DNA of 64,000 nucleotides from Candidatus Latescibacterota bacterium. Lineage in GTDB: Bacteria > Latescibacterota > UBA2968. Below are positions 8,453-19,600 of this stretch, in pieces (the stretch's first letter is position 1; each line of letters starts with the position of its first letter). The translations under genes and the position numbers were made by a program. Under the pieces are notes generated by a model, which had not been told where the DNA came from, made no database searches, and worked only from the letters and a program-made list of their open reading frames with translations. The DNA is taken from positions 3,424,001 to 3,488,000 of the forward strand of contig OZ242320.1 of assembly GCA_965208125.1 (NCBI GenBank), read 5' to 3'.

Positions 8453-9994
8453 ATGCACCTGAGTTGGATTGACTATGCCATAGTTCTCGTATATGTCGGC
8501 GGCACCATCGTCGCTGGCACGTTGGCGCGAGGAGCCATCAAGGGCATCTCCGACTTCCTCGTCGCTGGCCGCGGTCTCAAAATCCACATGGCCGTCGCCA
8601 CTATGGTCTCAACCGGTCTCGGGCTGGTTACGGTCATGTACATGGCCGAAGAGGGCTTTAAATACGGCTTTGTGCCCTTCGTCTTTGGCCTCATGGCCCT
8701 GATCACCACCCTGATCATCGGCCGCACGGGCTTCATCGTCAGCCGCTTGCGCCATTTGCAGGTGATGACCGTGCCCGAATTCTACGAACTCAAGTACACG
8801 CGCGGCGTACGCCTGCTCGGCGGCATCATCCTCACCCTCGCCGGTACCCTCAACATGGGGCTGTTTCCCATCCTCGGCAGCAAGTTCGTCGTCGGCTTCA
8901 CCGGCCTCGACAAGGAATACGTCAACTACGTCATGATCGGCATGTTGCTCATCGTCGTCTTCTACACGCTGATGGGCGGCATGGTCTCGGTGGTGCTGAC
9001 GGACTTCGCTCAGTTCGTGCTGCTGGCGCTGGGGTTTTTCTTCGGCACGTATGTCATTCTCAATCATCCGCAACTCGGCTGGGACAACCTCGTCCAAGCC
9101 GTGCAAATCTACAAAGGCGATATCGGCTTTGACCCCATAGCCAATCCCGGCTATGGCATCTCAATGATCTTATTTCTTTTCTGCGTCGGCCTGGTCGGCG
9201 TGGTCTGGCAACCCGAAATGATGCGGCCGCTGAGTGCCGAAAGCCCCAAGGTGGCCCGCCGCGTATTCTGGATTTCCTCTGCCACAGTCATGGGGCGGGC
9301 GATGGTGCCGATGTTTTGGGGCATCGCGGCACTGGCCTATTTTGGTAACCCCGAACTCGACCCCCACTACGCCATGCCCGAAATGCTCGGCAAAATTCTG
9401 CCTCTGGGCATCGCTGGCCTGCTCATGGCCGGGATGTTCGCGGCCTTCATGTCCACCCACGACAGCTATCTGCTGGCCTGGAGTGGCGTCATCGTCCGCG
9501 ATGTGGTCTCGCCGATCAAGGCCATGCTCGCAAAATCGAGCGGCGAGCGCGAAGCAGACGGAACCTGGGGCGGGCTGTCGAGCGAGCGCGAGATCTACTG
9601 GACCCGGGCTATCGTCGTCATCCTCGCTACCTTCTTGGCCATTTTCGGCGCGCTCTACCAGCTTCCCGAGACGGCCTTCCGCTTTATGTACGTCACAGGC
9701 AGTATCTACTTCTCCGGCTGCGTCGGCACCGTAGCTCTGGGTCTGTACTGGAAAAAGGCCAATACTCCAGGTGCGTACTGTGCCCTGATCCTGGGTGCGC
9801 TGGTGCCACTCAACTTCCTGATTATGACCGAAAACCAGCATGTGGTGCCCGAGTTTTTGTTGCCACTGGTCGAAAACTCCAACCTCGTCGGGATTACCAG
9901 CCTGGCCCTGGGCGGCCTCGCCATGCTGGTCGTTGCCTCGCTCACGCAGCGCTCGCACCCGCCGCGACCTTTAGATTTTAGCAACATGGAGTAG
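8453..9994 (+). CDS. sodium:solute symporter (SSS) family transporter
   Basis: Many TM segments; 'DFLVAGR', 'YTLMGGMVSVVLTDFAQF', 'AAFMSTHDS'. Confidence 0.92.
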   Translation: MHLSWIDYAIVLVYVGGTIVAGTLARGAIKGISDFLVAGRGLKIHMAVATMVSTGLGLVTVMYMAEEGFKYGFVPFVFGLMALITTLIIGRTGFIVSRLRHLQVMTVPEFYELKYTRGVRLLGGIILTLAGTLNMGLFPILGSKFVVGFTGLDKEYVNYVMIGMLLIVVFYTLMGGMVSVVLTDFAQFVLLALGFFFGTYVILNHPQLGWDNLVQAVQIYKGDIGFDPIANPGYGISMILFLFCVGLVGVVWQPEMMRPLSAESPKVARRVFWISSATVMGRAMVPMFWGIAALAYFGNPELDPHYAMPEMLGKILPLGIAGLLMAGMFAAFMSTHDSYLLAWSGVIVRDVVSPIKAMLAKSSGEREADGTWGGLSSEREIYWTRAIVVILATFLAIFGALYQLPETAFRFMYVTGSIYFSGCVGTVALGLYWKKANTPGAYCALILGALVPLNFLIMTENQHVVPEFLLPLVENSNLVGITSLALGGLAMLVVASLTQRSHPPRPLDFSNME

Positions 9995-9998
9995 TGCA

Positions 9999-10178
9999 AT
10001 GGACGTCGAAACATGGAAAATCTTCTGGCAATTCGTCTTTATCGTCGCTAGCGTCCTCTTTTACGGCATTGTCATCGCCGTCGCCTGCAAGGGCTTTGGC
10101 GATGTGGTCCAGATGATCCGCAACATGGCTGCCGGTCGCGGGGCCAGCGAATCCGCCTCAGACTCCCAGCACGAGTGA
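9999..10178 (+). CDS. small (59 aa) single-TM membrane protein, probable SSS-transporter partner; not in the ORF track
   Basis: Manual translation MDVETWKIFWQFVFIVASVLFYGIVIAVACKGFGDVVQMIRNMAAGRGASESASDSQHE; GGAG upstream; 4 bp after the SSS stop; same GC-rich codon style. Confidence 0.75.
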   Translation: MDVETWKIFWQFVFIVASVLFYGIVIAVACKGFGDVVQMIRNMAAGRGASESASDSQHE

Positions 10179-10225
10179 CGCAGCGCATGTACTGGCGTTG
10201 CGCCAATTCAATCAAGGAAACCGCG

Positions 10226-10693
10226 ATGATCAATGCGACCTTATGCTATGTCAAAAATGGCAATAAAACGCTGATGCTGCACCGAGTGAAAAAGGAAAAT
10301 GACATACACGAGGGCAAATGGAATGGCCTGGGTGGCAAGATGGAAGCGGGCGAGACGCCAGAGGAATGCGTGATTCGGGAGGTGCGCGAAGAGAGTGGTC
10401 TGCGGATTCAAAACCCCGCTTTAAGAGGTGTGCTCACTTTTCCAAAATTTGATGGGATTAATGACTGGTTGGCGTTTGTGTTTACTGCGGAGATGTTCAC
10501 GGGTGAGTTGATTGATTCGAGTGAAGGTATCCTGAAATGGATTGACGACTCAGAGCTGCTTGATCTCAACCTTTGGGAAGGCGATAAAATTTTTTTGAAA
10601 TGGCTAAACCGAGATGCGTTTTTTTCGGGTAAATTTACGTATGAAAACAAGCGGTTGATCGATCACGATGTTGTGTTTCACACATTTATTTAA
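10226..10693 (+). CDS. NUDIX hydrolase, 8-oxo-dGTP diphosphatase (MTH1/MutX-like)
   Basis: Nudix box GGKMEAGETPEECVIREVREESG; 'GKWNG', 'LWEGD'; AAGGA RBS before ATG 10226. Confidence 0.9.
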   Translation: MINATLCYVKNGNKTLMLHRVKKENDIHEGKWNGLGGKMEAGETPEECVIREVREESGLRIQNPALRGVLTFPKFDGINDWLAFVFTAEMFTGELIDSSEGILKWIDDSELLDLNLWEGDKIFLKWLNRDAFFSGKFTYENKRLIDHDVVFHTFI

Positions 10694-11543
10694 CTTTTTC
10701 TAAAACCCGCCGCAGATAAGCCGCGTCTTCTTTTGCCCAGGCTTCCAAATTTGGAGGCGATGTTTGCGCGTAACCAACTTGACGGATGATGGTTTCGTCA
10801 AATTTGTATTCGGTGTGGACGGATAAGGGTCCGTCAAATCCCATTTCGTGCAATAGCCCCAGGCAGCGATGCCAATCTACGCATCCTTCTCCTGCTTTTG
10901 TGAAGCAGGGACGATAGCGCGGTGTTTGACCTTCCGGTTGCTGTAGATAATACGCATCTTTAATTCCCACGACTGAGATATAATCCCGAACCATCGCCAA
11001 TCCCATTGCCCAGTCTTCTCCATCCAGTGCGAGATGTCCGAAATCGGGGTACGCGCCCACGTATTGCGGGTCAAAGCCTTTGATGAGGTGCATCAATCCC
11101 GCGCAGTTGCTTCCCAGACAAGGCCCGCTGTGAATCTGATAGCAGGTCTGTACGCCGTATTTTTCACTCAGGCGTACAATTTTTTTCAGATCTCTCCGCG
11201 CTGTATCTACGACCTGCCAGTAATCATCACCGGGCTGATATTTCCAGAATCCGATTTTGAGACGGGGAATTTCGGCTTCAGCGCAGGCGGTATAGTAATT
11301 TTCTATTTCTGGTGATTCTGGATCTATTAGTGTCACGGGCGCGGTTATCATAGGGCAGACCAGGTCCTGACCGCGCCAGATTTCGGCTGCTTTGGGCAAT
11401 GCCTCTATTATATTGTCTGCGTGAATGGGATGGCCCGGACGCACGCACAGGTCAATGCCGTCGTAGCCCAGTTCAATCGCTTTTTCGCCGAGTTCGGGCA
11501 CGGAATACTGCGCGAAAAATTTGGAGTTGATAATGAGGTCCAT
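10686..11543 (-). CDS. sugar phosphate isomerase/epimerase (xylose-isomerase-like TIM barrel)
   Basis: 'GYDGIDL', 'DFGH', 'IKD', 'GEGCVDW', 'GFDGPLSVHTE'. Confidence 0.85.
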   Translation of the reverse strand: MDLIINSKFFAQYSVPELGEKAIELGYDGIDLCVRPGHPIHADNIIEALPKAAEIWRGQDLVCPMITAPVTLIDPESPEIENYYTACAEAEIPRLKIGFWKYQPGDDYWQVVDTARRDLKKIVRLSEKYGVQTCYQIHSGPCLGSNCAGLMHLIKGFDPQYVGAYPDFGHLALDGEDWAMGLAMVRDYISVVGIKDAYYLQQPEGQTPRYRPCFTKAGEGCVDWHRCLGLLHEMGFDGPLSVHTEYKFDETIIRQVGYAQTSPPNLEAWAKEDAAYLRRVLEKVK

Positions 11544-11745
11544 TTGAATGATTCCTTATTTTTAAATGGGAAAATCGTACGTTTCATCTCCCAATCCGTA
11601 GGGCTTGAGGGAGATTTTGAGGATTCTCCTTGAAGGCCAGAGGGGCGCGATGGTCGGATCTCAGAACCAGTTTGATTTCTGACCACTGACCCATTATACT
11701 GCTTAAGCGGTCTATTAGGTAGTTAAAACGACAAGGGAAAATGAA

Positions 11746-12561
11746 ATGAATACGTTGAGCAAAGAAGATGTTGAGGCTTTCAGGGAGCAGGGATATCACG
11801 TTGCGCGAGGCGTGTTTGATGGGGATGAGATTGCGCGTTTGCGTGAGGGGTATGATTATATTTTTGAACTGGCAGCGCGGACAGATCTTCCCGATGCCAT
11901 TCTTCAGGGCAAAGACCGCGAGGTGCATATCCATTTGCAGACACCCGGGCCGATGGTTGGTCCAGGGGCTGTTCAGTATCTGCGAAAAGTCCAGTGGCCT
12001 TCTCTCATTCACCCCGCGTTTGAGAAGATTCGGAATAGTGCGAAGTTTCCCGCTCTGTTAGAGCCGTTGATAGGTACGTCGTTGAAGCAGTATATTAATC
12101 AGATTAATTTCAAGATGCCAGGGGGAGATATTCACTTTCCATGGCATCAGGATATCCGTCCCACACCGGCGTTTCGCGATCAGGTGAATAATTATGTGCA
12201 GACCATTATTGTGGTGGATGAGGCGACTGTTGCCAATGGTTGTTTGCACATTGTTCCCGGCAGTCACAGGTTGGGAAATTTGAAGGTGACGCGGTATGCA
12301 AAGGGCGAAGTTGAAGATCAGGTGGATGTGTCATCGGCTGTGCCTTGTGAGGCAATGCCAGGTGATGTGGTGATGTTTACGTCTTATACGGTTCACGGCT
12401 CGGCTCCGAATACGACGGATAAGCCGCGGCGTTCGTATATCAATGGTTTTGTCCGTGCTTCGGCGTGTGATGTGGGAAAGTGGGCATTTCTGGAAGGGAA
12501 ACCCGTTCCGATTACGAGTGATCGCGATTATCACGAGATTCGCTATGGGGCTGCCGGTTAA
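11746..12561 (+). CDS. phytanoyl-CoA dioxygenase (PhyH) family Fe/2OG dioxygenase
   Basis: 'PWHQD', 'NGCLHIVPGSH', 'HGSAPN...RR'. Confidence 0.92.
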   Translation: MNTLSKEDVEAFREQGYHVARGVFDGDEIARLREGYDYIFELAARTDLPDAILQGKDREVHIHLQTPGPMVGPGAVQYLRKVQWPSLIHPAFEKIRNSAKFPALLEPLIGTSLKQYINQINFKMPGGDIHFPWHQDIRPTPAFRDQVNNYVQTIIVVDEATVANGCLHIVPGSHRLGNLKVTRYAKGEVEDQVDVSSAVPCEAMPGDVVMFTSYTVHGSAPNTTDKPRRSYINGFVRASACDVGKWAFLEGKPVPITSDRDYHEIRYGAAG

Positions 12562-12578
12562 ATAAAGAGAGGTTCACA

Positions 12579-13895
12579 ATGCGTACAGCAAAAGCCGGTT
12601 GGGCGCAGTTTGATTCAACGCCGCCACTGGGGCTGCCAATGGGCGGTCGAGGCCCGCGGTTTTCACCCGGGGCTGAGGTGCTCGATCCTCTGGTCGCGCA
12701 GGCGGTTGTTATTGAGGATCAAAAGGGCTATCGCACGGTCTGGATTTCGATTGATATGATTGGGATGACATGGCATGTGACGAGTCGTTTGCGCTGTGAG
12801 TTAGCTTCAATAACGGGTATTCCTTTTGAAGCGATTATTGTCAATTTTTCGCATACGCACAGCGGTCCCATGTCCGGGTTTGAGGGATATGCGACGACTG
12901 TATCTAAGCCAGCAGAACTCGAGGCTTATGAAACTGATTTGCTGTCTCGTACGGTGAAAATGGTGGTCGAAGCCATCGAGAATATGCGAGAAGTCTCTGT
13001 TTGCGTGTATCGCGGTACGTCTGAGATTGGGATTAACAGGCGCAGGCGGGGTGCCGATGGCAGTATGGGGATGAGGCCGAATCCAGATGGATATATGAAT
13101 CGGGATCTCTGGGTACTCGATCTCGCCGCAGAAGACGGTCGTTGTGTGCTGTTTAATTATGGATGCCATCCGGTGATGGTTTACGGTTTTGCATGGGATG
13201 GCATTTCTGCTGATTTTCCCGGAGTGTGTCGCAATCGATTGGTCGAATCTCTCGGTCCGAATACCCACGCGCAGTTTATTCAGGGGCTTGCCGGCAATAT
13301 TCGTCCGCGCCGCCTCGCGGGGGCAGACGCATTTCGCAAATCCACGCCAGAAGATGTTGTGGCGACGGGTACTCAACTCGCCGATGATGTTCTCTCGGCT
13401 ATGGATGCGGGCGGTGAATGGTTGGAATTGAATCTCAATTGCGTTTCGGGATTCGCGCTGGCGCCGCGCGATTGTGATGCGATTCCGCCTCTTGCTCATT
13501 GGAAAACACTTGCCAAAAGCGAGGCAGAACTGGAGCGCAATCTGGGTGCGTACTGGGTCGAGCGTTTGGGGTCTGGCATACCGCCTGCGCGATTTTTTCC
13601 CTGGGCGGTTGGTCTTATTCGCCTGACTGGGGATCACACCATCGCGTGGCTTGGCAACGAGGTTGTTGCGGAGTGGCTTCCTTTGCTGAGGACTTATCTC
13701 AATGATCCGAATCTCATTGCCTGGGGTTATTGTCAGGATGGGCGCAATTACATGCCGACAGACGCGCTTATCCCCGAGGGTGGGTACGAAGTTGATAGCG
13801 CGAATGCGTACACCAAAGCGGGTCCCGGTCCGTTTCAGGTTGGTATTAACGAGGTGACCGAGAAGACATTTCTCGAACTGGCCGTAAGGCTGTGA
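12579..13895 (+). CDS. neutral/alkaline ceramidase-like hydrolase
   Basis: 'SHTHSGP', 'INRR', 'NYGCHP', 'ISADFPG', 'EGGYE'. Confidence 0.85.
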   Translation: MRTAKAGWAQFDSTPPLGLPMGGRGPRFSPGAEVLDPLVAQAVVIEDQKGYRTVWISIDMIGMTWHVTSRLRCELASITGIPFEAIIVNFSHTHSGPMSGFEGYATTVSKPAELEAYETDLLSRTVKMVVEAIENMREVSVCVYRGTSEIGINRRRRGADGSMGMRPNPDGYMNRDLWVLDLAAEDGRCVLFNYGCHPVMVYGFAWDGISADFPGVCRNRLVESLGPNTHAQFIQGLAGNIRPRRLAGADAFRKSTPEDVVATGTQLADDVLSAMDAGGEWLELNLNCVSGFALAPRDCDAIPPLAHWKTLAKSEAELERNLGAYWVERLGSGIPPARFFPWAVGLIRLTGDHTIAWLGNEVVAEWLPLLRTYLNDPNLIAWGYCQDGRNYMPTDALIPEGGYEVDSANAYTKAGPGPFQVGINEVTEKTFLELAVRL

Positions 13896-13898
13896 CGG

Positions 13899-14990
13899 TT
13901 AGTTTTGATTAGATCGTCTGCCTCGTCCGCGTCGCCGCTGTTCACGCCACCGTTCGTATGCCTCTTCGTCAAACTTGATAACGGGGACCTCACCTTCCCA
14001 TACATCGGCAATGATGGGCATGATGCGCGATGTTGCCAATTGGAAATCCCGTCCAAAAGGTCTCGGGTTTGGAAACCATTTCCACAGGAGAGCACCTGTG
14101 ATTCGCGGTTCGTTTTCAATGGCTTCGAGCGCGACGCGCCAGCACATTTCTTGTAAGGGGCGCGCGCCATCGTCATCCACGCGATATGTCCACGGTTCTG
14201 ACGCTGCTTTATAAGATTGGTTGTATCCCAATTCGGTAAATACGATGTTGCGATCTATCTTTTCAGCATAAGCTCGCAATTCTTTTACCAGACGATCCCA
14301 TCCACGGCGCAGGTCGGCCTCTGTGGGATTTTGATTTTTTGTTATCGGAAAATAGCCCTGAATACCGACCGCATCCAGAGCATCCCAGAATGGCACGCGC
14401 GTGTAATCCGACCAATTCGCCGCATAGGTGATCCGTCCTTTATATACTTTGCGCACATCTGCAATCAGGGCACGCCATTCGGCTTCGTGATGCAGGGTTT
14501 TGTCCAGTTCTGTTCCTATGACAAATGCATCGGCGTCTTTGCAGGCTTCTGCCACGGCCAGAATCCAGGCGCGATAATCCGCCCAGAAGCGCGCCCATTC
14601 TTCCTCAGAGCGAAACGCAATTTCGCCCCGCCACTCAAATCCCGACCGCCAGTATGCCAGATGGGGCTTGATGCAAATTTTCAATCCCCGTTTGTGGGCT
14701 TCTACTATTGGTCGCGTCCAGTGTGCGGGAGCCAATTCATCGGCGCCTTCAAATCGCCTTACTCTGACCGATCCATCCTGCGAAATGCCCGCATAGGGAT
14801 GGGTCGCCACCCAGTTTGCCCCCAGAATTTCAATATCCCGCAGCGTTGAAACCATTTCGTCACTCGCCCAATCTCGCCCACCTCCGTGCGTTGAAATCGT
14901 GATTCCCCGCATTGATGTATCATCGTCAAATGCATGGGGTTCAAACGCGGTTAATAAGCTGAATAATAGGATGGTGCAATAACGAGGCAT
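13899..14990 (-). CDS. secreted glycoside hydrolase, GH113-like TIM barrel
   Basis: Signal peptide; 'IKPHL', 'IGTEL', 'TYAANW', 'FTELGY'. Confidence 0.8.
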   Translation of the reverse strand: MPRYCTILLFSLLTAFEPHAFDDDTSMRGITISTHGGGRDWASDEMVSTLRDIEILGANWVATHPYAGISQDGSVRVRRFEGADELAPAHWTRPIVEAHKRGLKICIKPHLAYWRSGFEWRGEIAFRSEEEWARFWADYRAWILAVAEACKDADAFVIGTELDKTLHHEAEWRALIADVRKVYKGRITYAANWSDYTRVPFWDALDAVGIQGYFPITKNQNPTEADLRRGWDRLVKELRAYAEKIDRNIVFTELGYNQSYKAASEPWTYRVDDDGARPLQEMCWRVALEAIENEPRITGALLWKWFPNPRPFGRDFQLATSRIMPIIADVWEGEVPVIKFDEEAYERWREQRRRGRGRRSNQN

Positions 14991-15009
14991 GATGGCCTTT
15001 CATTTATGC

Positions 15010-15035
15010 AAAAAAGGCGCAGTGCGAACTGCGCC
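15010..15035 (-). terminator. intrinsic terminator after gltD
   Basis: GGCGCAGT-gcga-ACTGCGCC hairpin followed by a T-run on the minus strand. Confidence 0.7.
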
Positions 15036-15098
15036 CTCCTGCGGTCTGATTTGTTTTTATCCTGCTCATCCTTAAATCCTGCCCATCCTGATCCGATT

Positions 15099-16592
15099 TT
15101 ACGGCAGGTCGGTCGATCCCATAAGGTAGCGGTCTGCTTCGCGGGCAGCGCCGCGACCTTCTGCGAAGGCAAAGACAACGAGGCTCATGCCGCGACGCAC
15201 ATCGCCTGCGACAAAGAGGCCGGGAATTTTAGTGGTGAATTCGCCTTCGACAGCTTTGGCGTTGGATCGTTCGTCTCGTTCGAGTTCGAGTTCGTCCATA
15301 ATGGTATCTTCGGGGCCGAGCCAGCCCATGGATAGGAAGACGAGGTCGGCAGGCCATTCTTTTTCTGTGCCGGGCACTTCGCGGAAGGGCGCGCCGTTTT
15401 CTGCGGGTATCCATTCCACTTGCATGGTTTTTAATGCTTTGAGTGTGCCGTTTTCATCGCCGATAAATTCCGTGGTGCTGATGAGATATTCGCGTGGGTC
15501 TCTGCCAAAAATGGCGGCGGCTTCCTCTTGACCATAGTCCGTTTTGAAAATGAGTGGCATTTGCGGCCAAGGGTTGCTGTCAGTGCGCGTTTTGGGCGGT
15601 TCGGGAATAATGTCGAACTGGTACAGACTTTTGCAGCCGTGGCGCATTGCCGTGCCCACGCAGTCCGTACCCGTGTCCCCTCCGCCGAGCACGATAACGT
15701 GTTTGTCTTTGGCGTTTATATAATTGCCGTCTTCATGGTTGGAGTCGAGCAGGCTTTTGGTGTTTTTGTGCAAATACTCAATGGCCTGATGCACGCCTTT
15801 AAGTTCGCGGCCTTTGATCGGCAGGTCGCGGGGCTTGAGTGCGCCAATGCAGAGCACGACCGCGTCGTATTCATTGAGGAGATCTTTTGCCAGCAGGTCT
15901 TTGCCAATTTCTGTATTGGTGATAAACTCGATGCCCGATTCGATCATAAGGTCAATGCGGCGTTGCACAACTTCTTTTTTGTCGAGTTTCATGTTGGGAA
16001 TGCCGTACATGAGCAATCCGCCAATGCGGTCAGACCGCTCGTACACGGTGACTTTGTGCCCGGCTTTGTTGAGTTGTGCGGCGCAAGAGAGCCCTGCGGG
16101 ACCTGAACCCACGACAGCCACGCGCTTGCCCGTGCGCTTTTCGGGTATATCGGGTGTGACCCAGCCTTCTTCCCAGCCTTTGTCAATGATGGAGACTTCG
16201 ATGTTTTTGATGGTGACGGCAGGTTCTGTCATGCCCAGTACGCAGGAACCCTCGCAGGGAGCGGGACAGACGCGACCTGTAAATTCGGGAAAGTTGTTGG
16301 TCTTGTGTAATCGCTCGAGGGCTTCTTGCCATAGGCCGCGATACACGAGGTCATTCCACTCGGGGATGAGGTTGTTGATGGGACATCCAGAAGGAAAGGG
16401 TGTGGATTCGGGCAGGCGCACGCCGGTATGGCAAAAGGGTATGCCACAGTCCATACACCGCGCACCCTGTTCACGAAGTTTTTCATCGGGGTGATGATGG
16501 TGAAATTCTTTCCAGTCTGCGATGCGCTGTGCGGGGTCTCTATCGGCCGGAAGTTCTCGCTGAAATTCCATGAATCCGGTCGGTTTTCCCAT
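15099..16592 (-). CDS. gltD: glutamate synthase small (beta) subunit
   Basis: 'MGKPTGFME', '[10 protein letters not shown]', 'GRVCPAPCE', GSGPAG, 'GGGDTGTDC'. Confidence 0.97.
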   Translation of the reverse strand: MGKPTGFMEFQRELPADRDPAQRIADWKEFHHHHPDEKLREQGARCMDCGIPFCHTGVRLPESTPFPSGCPINNLIPEWNDLVYRGLWQEALERLHKTNNFPEFTGRVCPAPCEGSCVLGMTEPAVTIKNIEVSIIDKGWEEGWVTPDIPEKRTGKRVAVVGSGPAGLSCAAQLNKAGHKVTVYERSDRIGGLLMYGIPNMKLDKKEVVQRRIDLMIESGIEFITNTEIGKDLLAKDLLNEYDAVVLCIGALKPRDLPIKGRELKGVHQAIEYLHKNTKSLLDSNHEDGNYINAKDKHVIVLGGGDTGTDCVGTAMRHGCKSLYQFDIIPEPPKTRTDSNPWPQMPLIFKTDYGQEEAAAIFGRDPREYLISTTEFIGDENGTLKALKTMQVEWIPAENGAPFREVPGTEKEWPADLVFLSMGWLGPEDTIMDELELERDERSNAKAVEGEFTTKIPGLFVAGDVRRGMSLVVFAFAEGRGAAREADRYLMGSTDLP

Positions 16593-16606
16593 AAATACTC
16601 CTTTTT

Positions 16607-19600
16607 TCAGGCTTCAACTTCTACGCCGCGGCGGAATGCTTCAAGCCATGCATCTTCGCCTTTCAAACCCTCTTGTTGCGCGGTTTCATAAGCAGAGAGA
16701 ATGCGCTTGTAGGGTTTGGGGAAGACTTTGACAAATTTGGGCAACATGTCATCCCAATGGACGAGGATGTGTTGCGCCACGCTGCTCTCGGTGTAGTCGG
16801 CGTGTTTGGTGATCATGCTTTTGAGTTCTTCAATGTCTTCGTCGTTTTGGACGGGTTCGAGATCGACGAGTTCGGGATTGCAGCGTATGTGGAAATCGCC
16901 GTCTTCGTCGAGGACATAAGCTATGCCACCGGACATGCCGGCTGCAAAGTTGCGCCCGGTTTTGCCCAAAATGACGGCCATCCCACCTGTCATATACTCA
17001 CAACCGTGATCGCCAACGCCTTCGACGACTGCGCTAACGCCAGAGTTGCGCACGCAGAAGCGTTCGCCCGCTTGACCGCGGATAAAGGCTTGCCCATTGG
17101 TTGCACCGTAGAAGGATACGTTGCCGATGATGATGTTGTCTTCGGCTTGAAAGGTGGATCCCTTGCGCGGATAGACAATCAGTTTGCTGCCGCACAGGCC
17201 CTTGCCAAAGTAGTCATTGGCGTCGCCTTCGAGGCGGAAGGTGATGCCCGGCGGGGTAAAGGCTGCAAAAGATTGTCCGGCCGATCCCTCAAAGGTGATG
17301 TCAACGGTGTCTTCGGGCAGGCCATCGGGTCCGAATCTGCGCGTGATTTCGCTACCGAGGATGGTGCCGACCACGCGGTTGGTATTTTTGATGTCGAATT
17401 TCGCGCGCACTTTGCTGCCATCCTTGAGGGCGGGTTCGCAAAGTTCGAGCAGGATCTGGTTGTCCATCGCGTTTTCGAGGCCGTGATCCTGCTCAATCTG
17501 GCAATAACGGCCAATGTTGGGATCGGCGTCTGGTTTTTCGAGAATGGGGGAAAGATCCAGATATTTCGCTTTCCAGTGATCGGTTTTTGCCTGGTGGAGC
17601 AGGTCGGTGCGACCGATGAGTTCATCGATGGTGCGCACGCCGAGTTGCGCCATTATTTCGCGCATGTCCTGTGCGATAAAACGCAAGAAATTGACGACCT
17701 GGTCGGGATCACCCATGAACTTTTTGCGCAGTTCGGGATGCTGCGTGGCCACACCCACAGGGCAGGTGTCGAGGTGGCAAACGCGCATCATAATGCAGCC
17801 CATGGCGACGAGTGCTGTGGTGGCAAATCCAAATTCTTCGGCACCGAGCAGGGCTGCAATAATCACATCGCGTCCGGTTTTGAGTTGTCCGTCGGTCTCG
17901 ACTATGATGCGCGATCTCAGATTGTTGAGTACCAGGGTCTGGTGGGTTTCGGCAACGCCGAATTCCCAGGGCAAACCGGCGTGTTTGATGCTGGTTTGCG
18001 GCGATGCGCCGGTACCGCCGTCGAGGCCTGAGATGAGTACCACATCGCCGTGGCCTTTGGATACGCCCGCTGCGACGATGCCGACATTGATTTCTGCGAC
18101 GAGTTTGACGTTAATTCTGGCATGATGGTTGGCGTTTTTGAGATCGTGAATGAGTTGCGCCAGATCTTCGATGGAATAAATATCGTGATGCGGCGGCGGT
18201 GAAATGAGTTCTACACCCGGTGTGGAGTGCCGAACTGAGGCAATCCACGGATACACTTTATTACCGGGCAATTCGCCGCCTTCACCAGGCTTGGCACCTT
18301 GCGCCATTTTGATCTGCAATTCTTTGGCATTGACCAGATAATTGCTGGTGACGCCAAAGCGTCCAGAAGCCACTTGTTTGATGGCACTGTTTTTAGAATC
18401 GCCATTGGGTTCGAGGGTATAACGCGCCGGGTCTTCGCCGCCTTCGCCAGTGTTGCTTTTGCCACCGAGACGATTCATCGCGATGGCGAGTGCTTCATGC
18501 GCCTCTTTAGATATCGATCCATAGGACATGGCGCCAGACTTAAATCGCCTGGTGATTGCTTCGACGGGTTCAACTTCGTCGATGGGAATGGGTTCGTTGG
18601 CATAGTTGAAGTCCAGGATACCGCGCAGAGTTGCCAGATTTTTGGCCTGTTGATCGATGAGAGTGGCGTATTCTTTGTACACTGCGTAATCGTTGGTGCG
18701 CGTGGCGTGCTGGAGTTTGTGAATTGTAAGGGGATTAAAGAGGTGATATTCCCCGCCTTGTCGCCACTGAAAATGTCCGCCGACGTCGAGGGTGCTGCCG
18801 TTGACTGAAATTTGGGGATACGCATCGCGATGCCGCATCAGGGCTTCTCGGGCAATGACATTGAGGCCAATGCCGTCTATGCGGGAATCTGTCCAGGTAA
18901 AGTATTGGTCAATGACGTTTTTTGAAATGCCAACTGCTTCAAAAATTTGAGCACCCCGATAGGACTTGATGGTGGAGATGCCCATTTTGGCCATGACTTT
19001 GACTACGCCTTTGGTCGCGGATTTGACATATCCTTTGACCGCATCGCGGTAGGCAATATCGGTCAATTGTTTTTCAGCGATCATGTCGGCGAGGCTTTCA
19101 TAAGCCATATAGGGATTGATCGCCTGAGCGCCATAGCCGATGAGCAAGCAGAAGTGATGCACTTCGCGGGGTTCACCCGTTTCGAGGGCAATCCCGACTT
19201 TGGTGCGCGTACCTTCTCGGATGAGGTGGTGGTGGAGACCGCTCATGGCCAGGAGCGCGGGAATGGGGGCACGATCTTTGTCAACACCGCGGTCTGAAAG
19301 AATCAGAATGGTATAACCGCCTTCAATGGCTTTGTCGGCTTCTGCACACAATTTATGCATGGCTTTTTCGAGGCCGGCTTCACCATCGGCCACATTGAAG
19401 AGCATAGGAATGGTGGTGGCTTTGAGGCCTGGGCGGTCAACGCCGCGCAATTGCTCGAGTTCTTCATTGGTCAAGACGGGCGTATCGAGATGGATTTGTC
19501 TGCAACTTTCGGGTTCGGGAATTAGCAGATTGCGCTCGGGACCAATGGTGGCGTCAGCCGAGGTGATAACCTCTTCTTTGAGGGGATCGAGAGGTGGATT

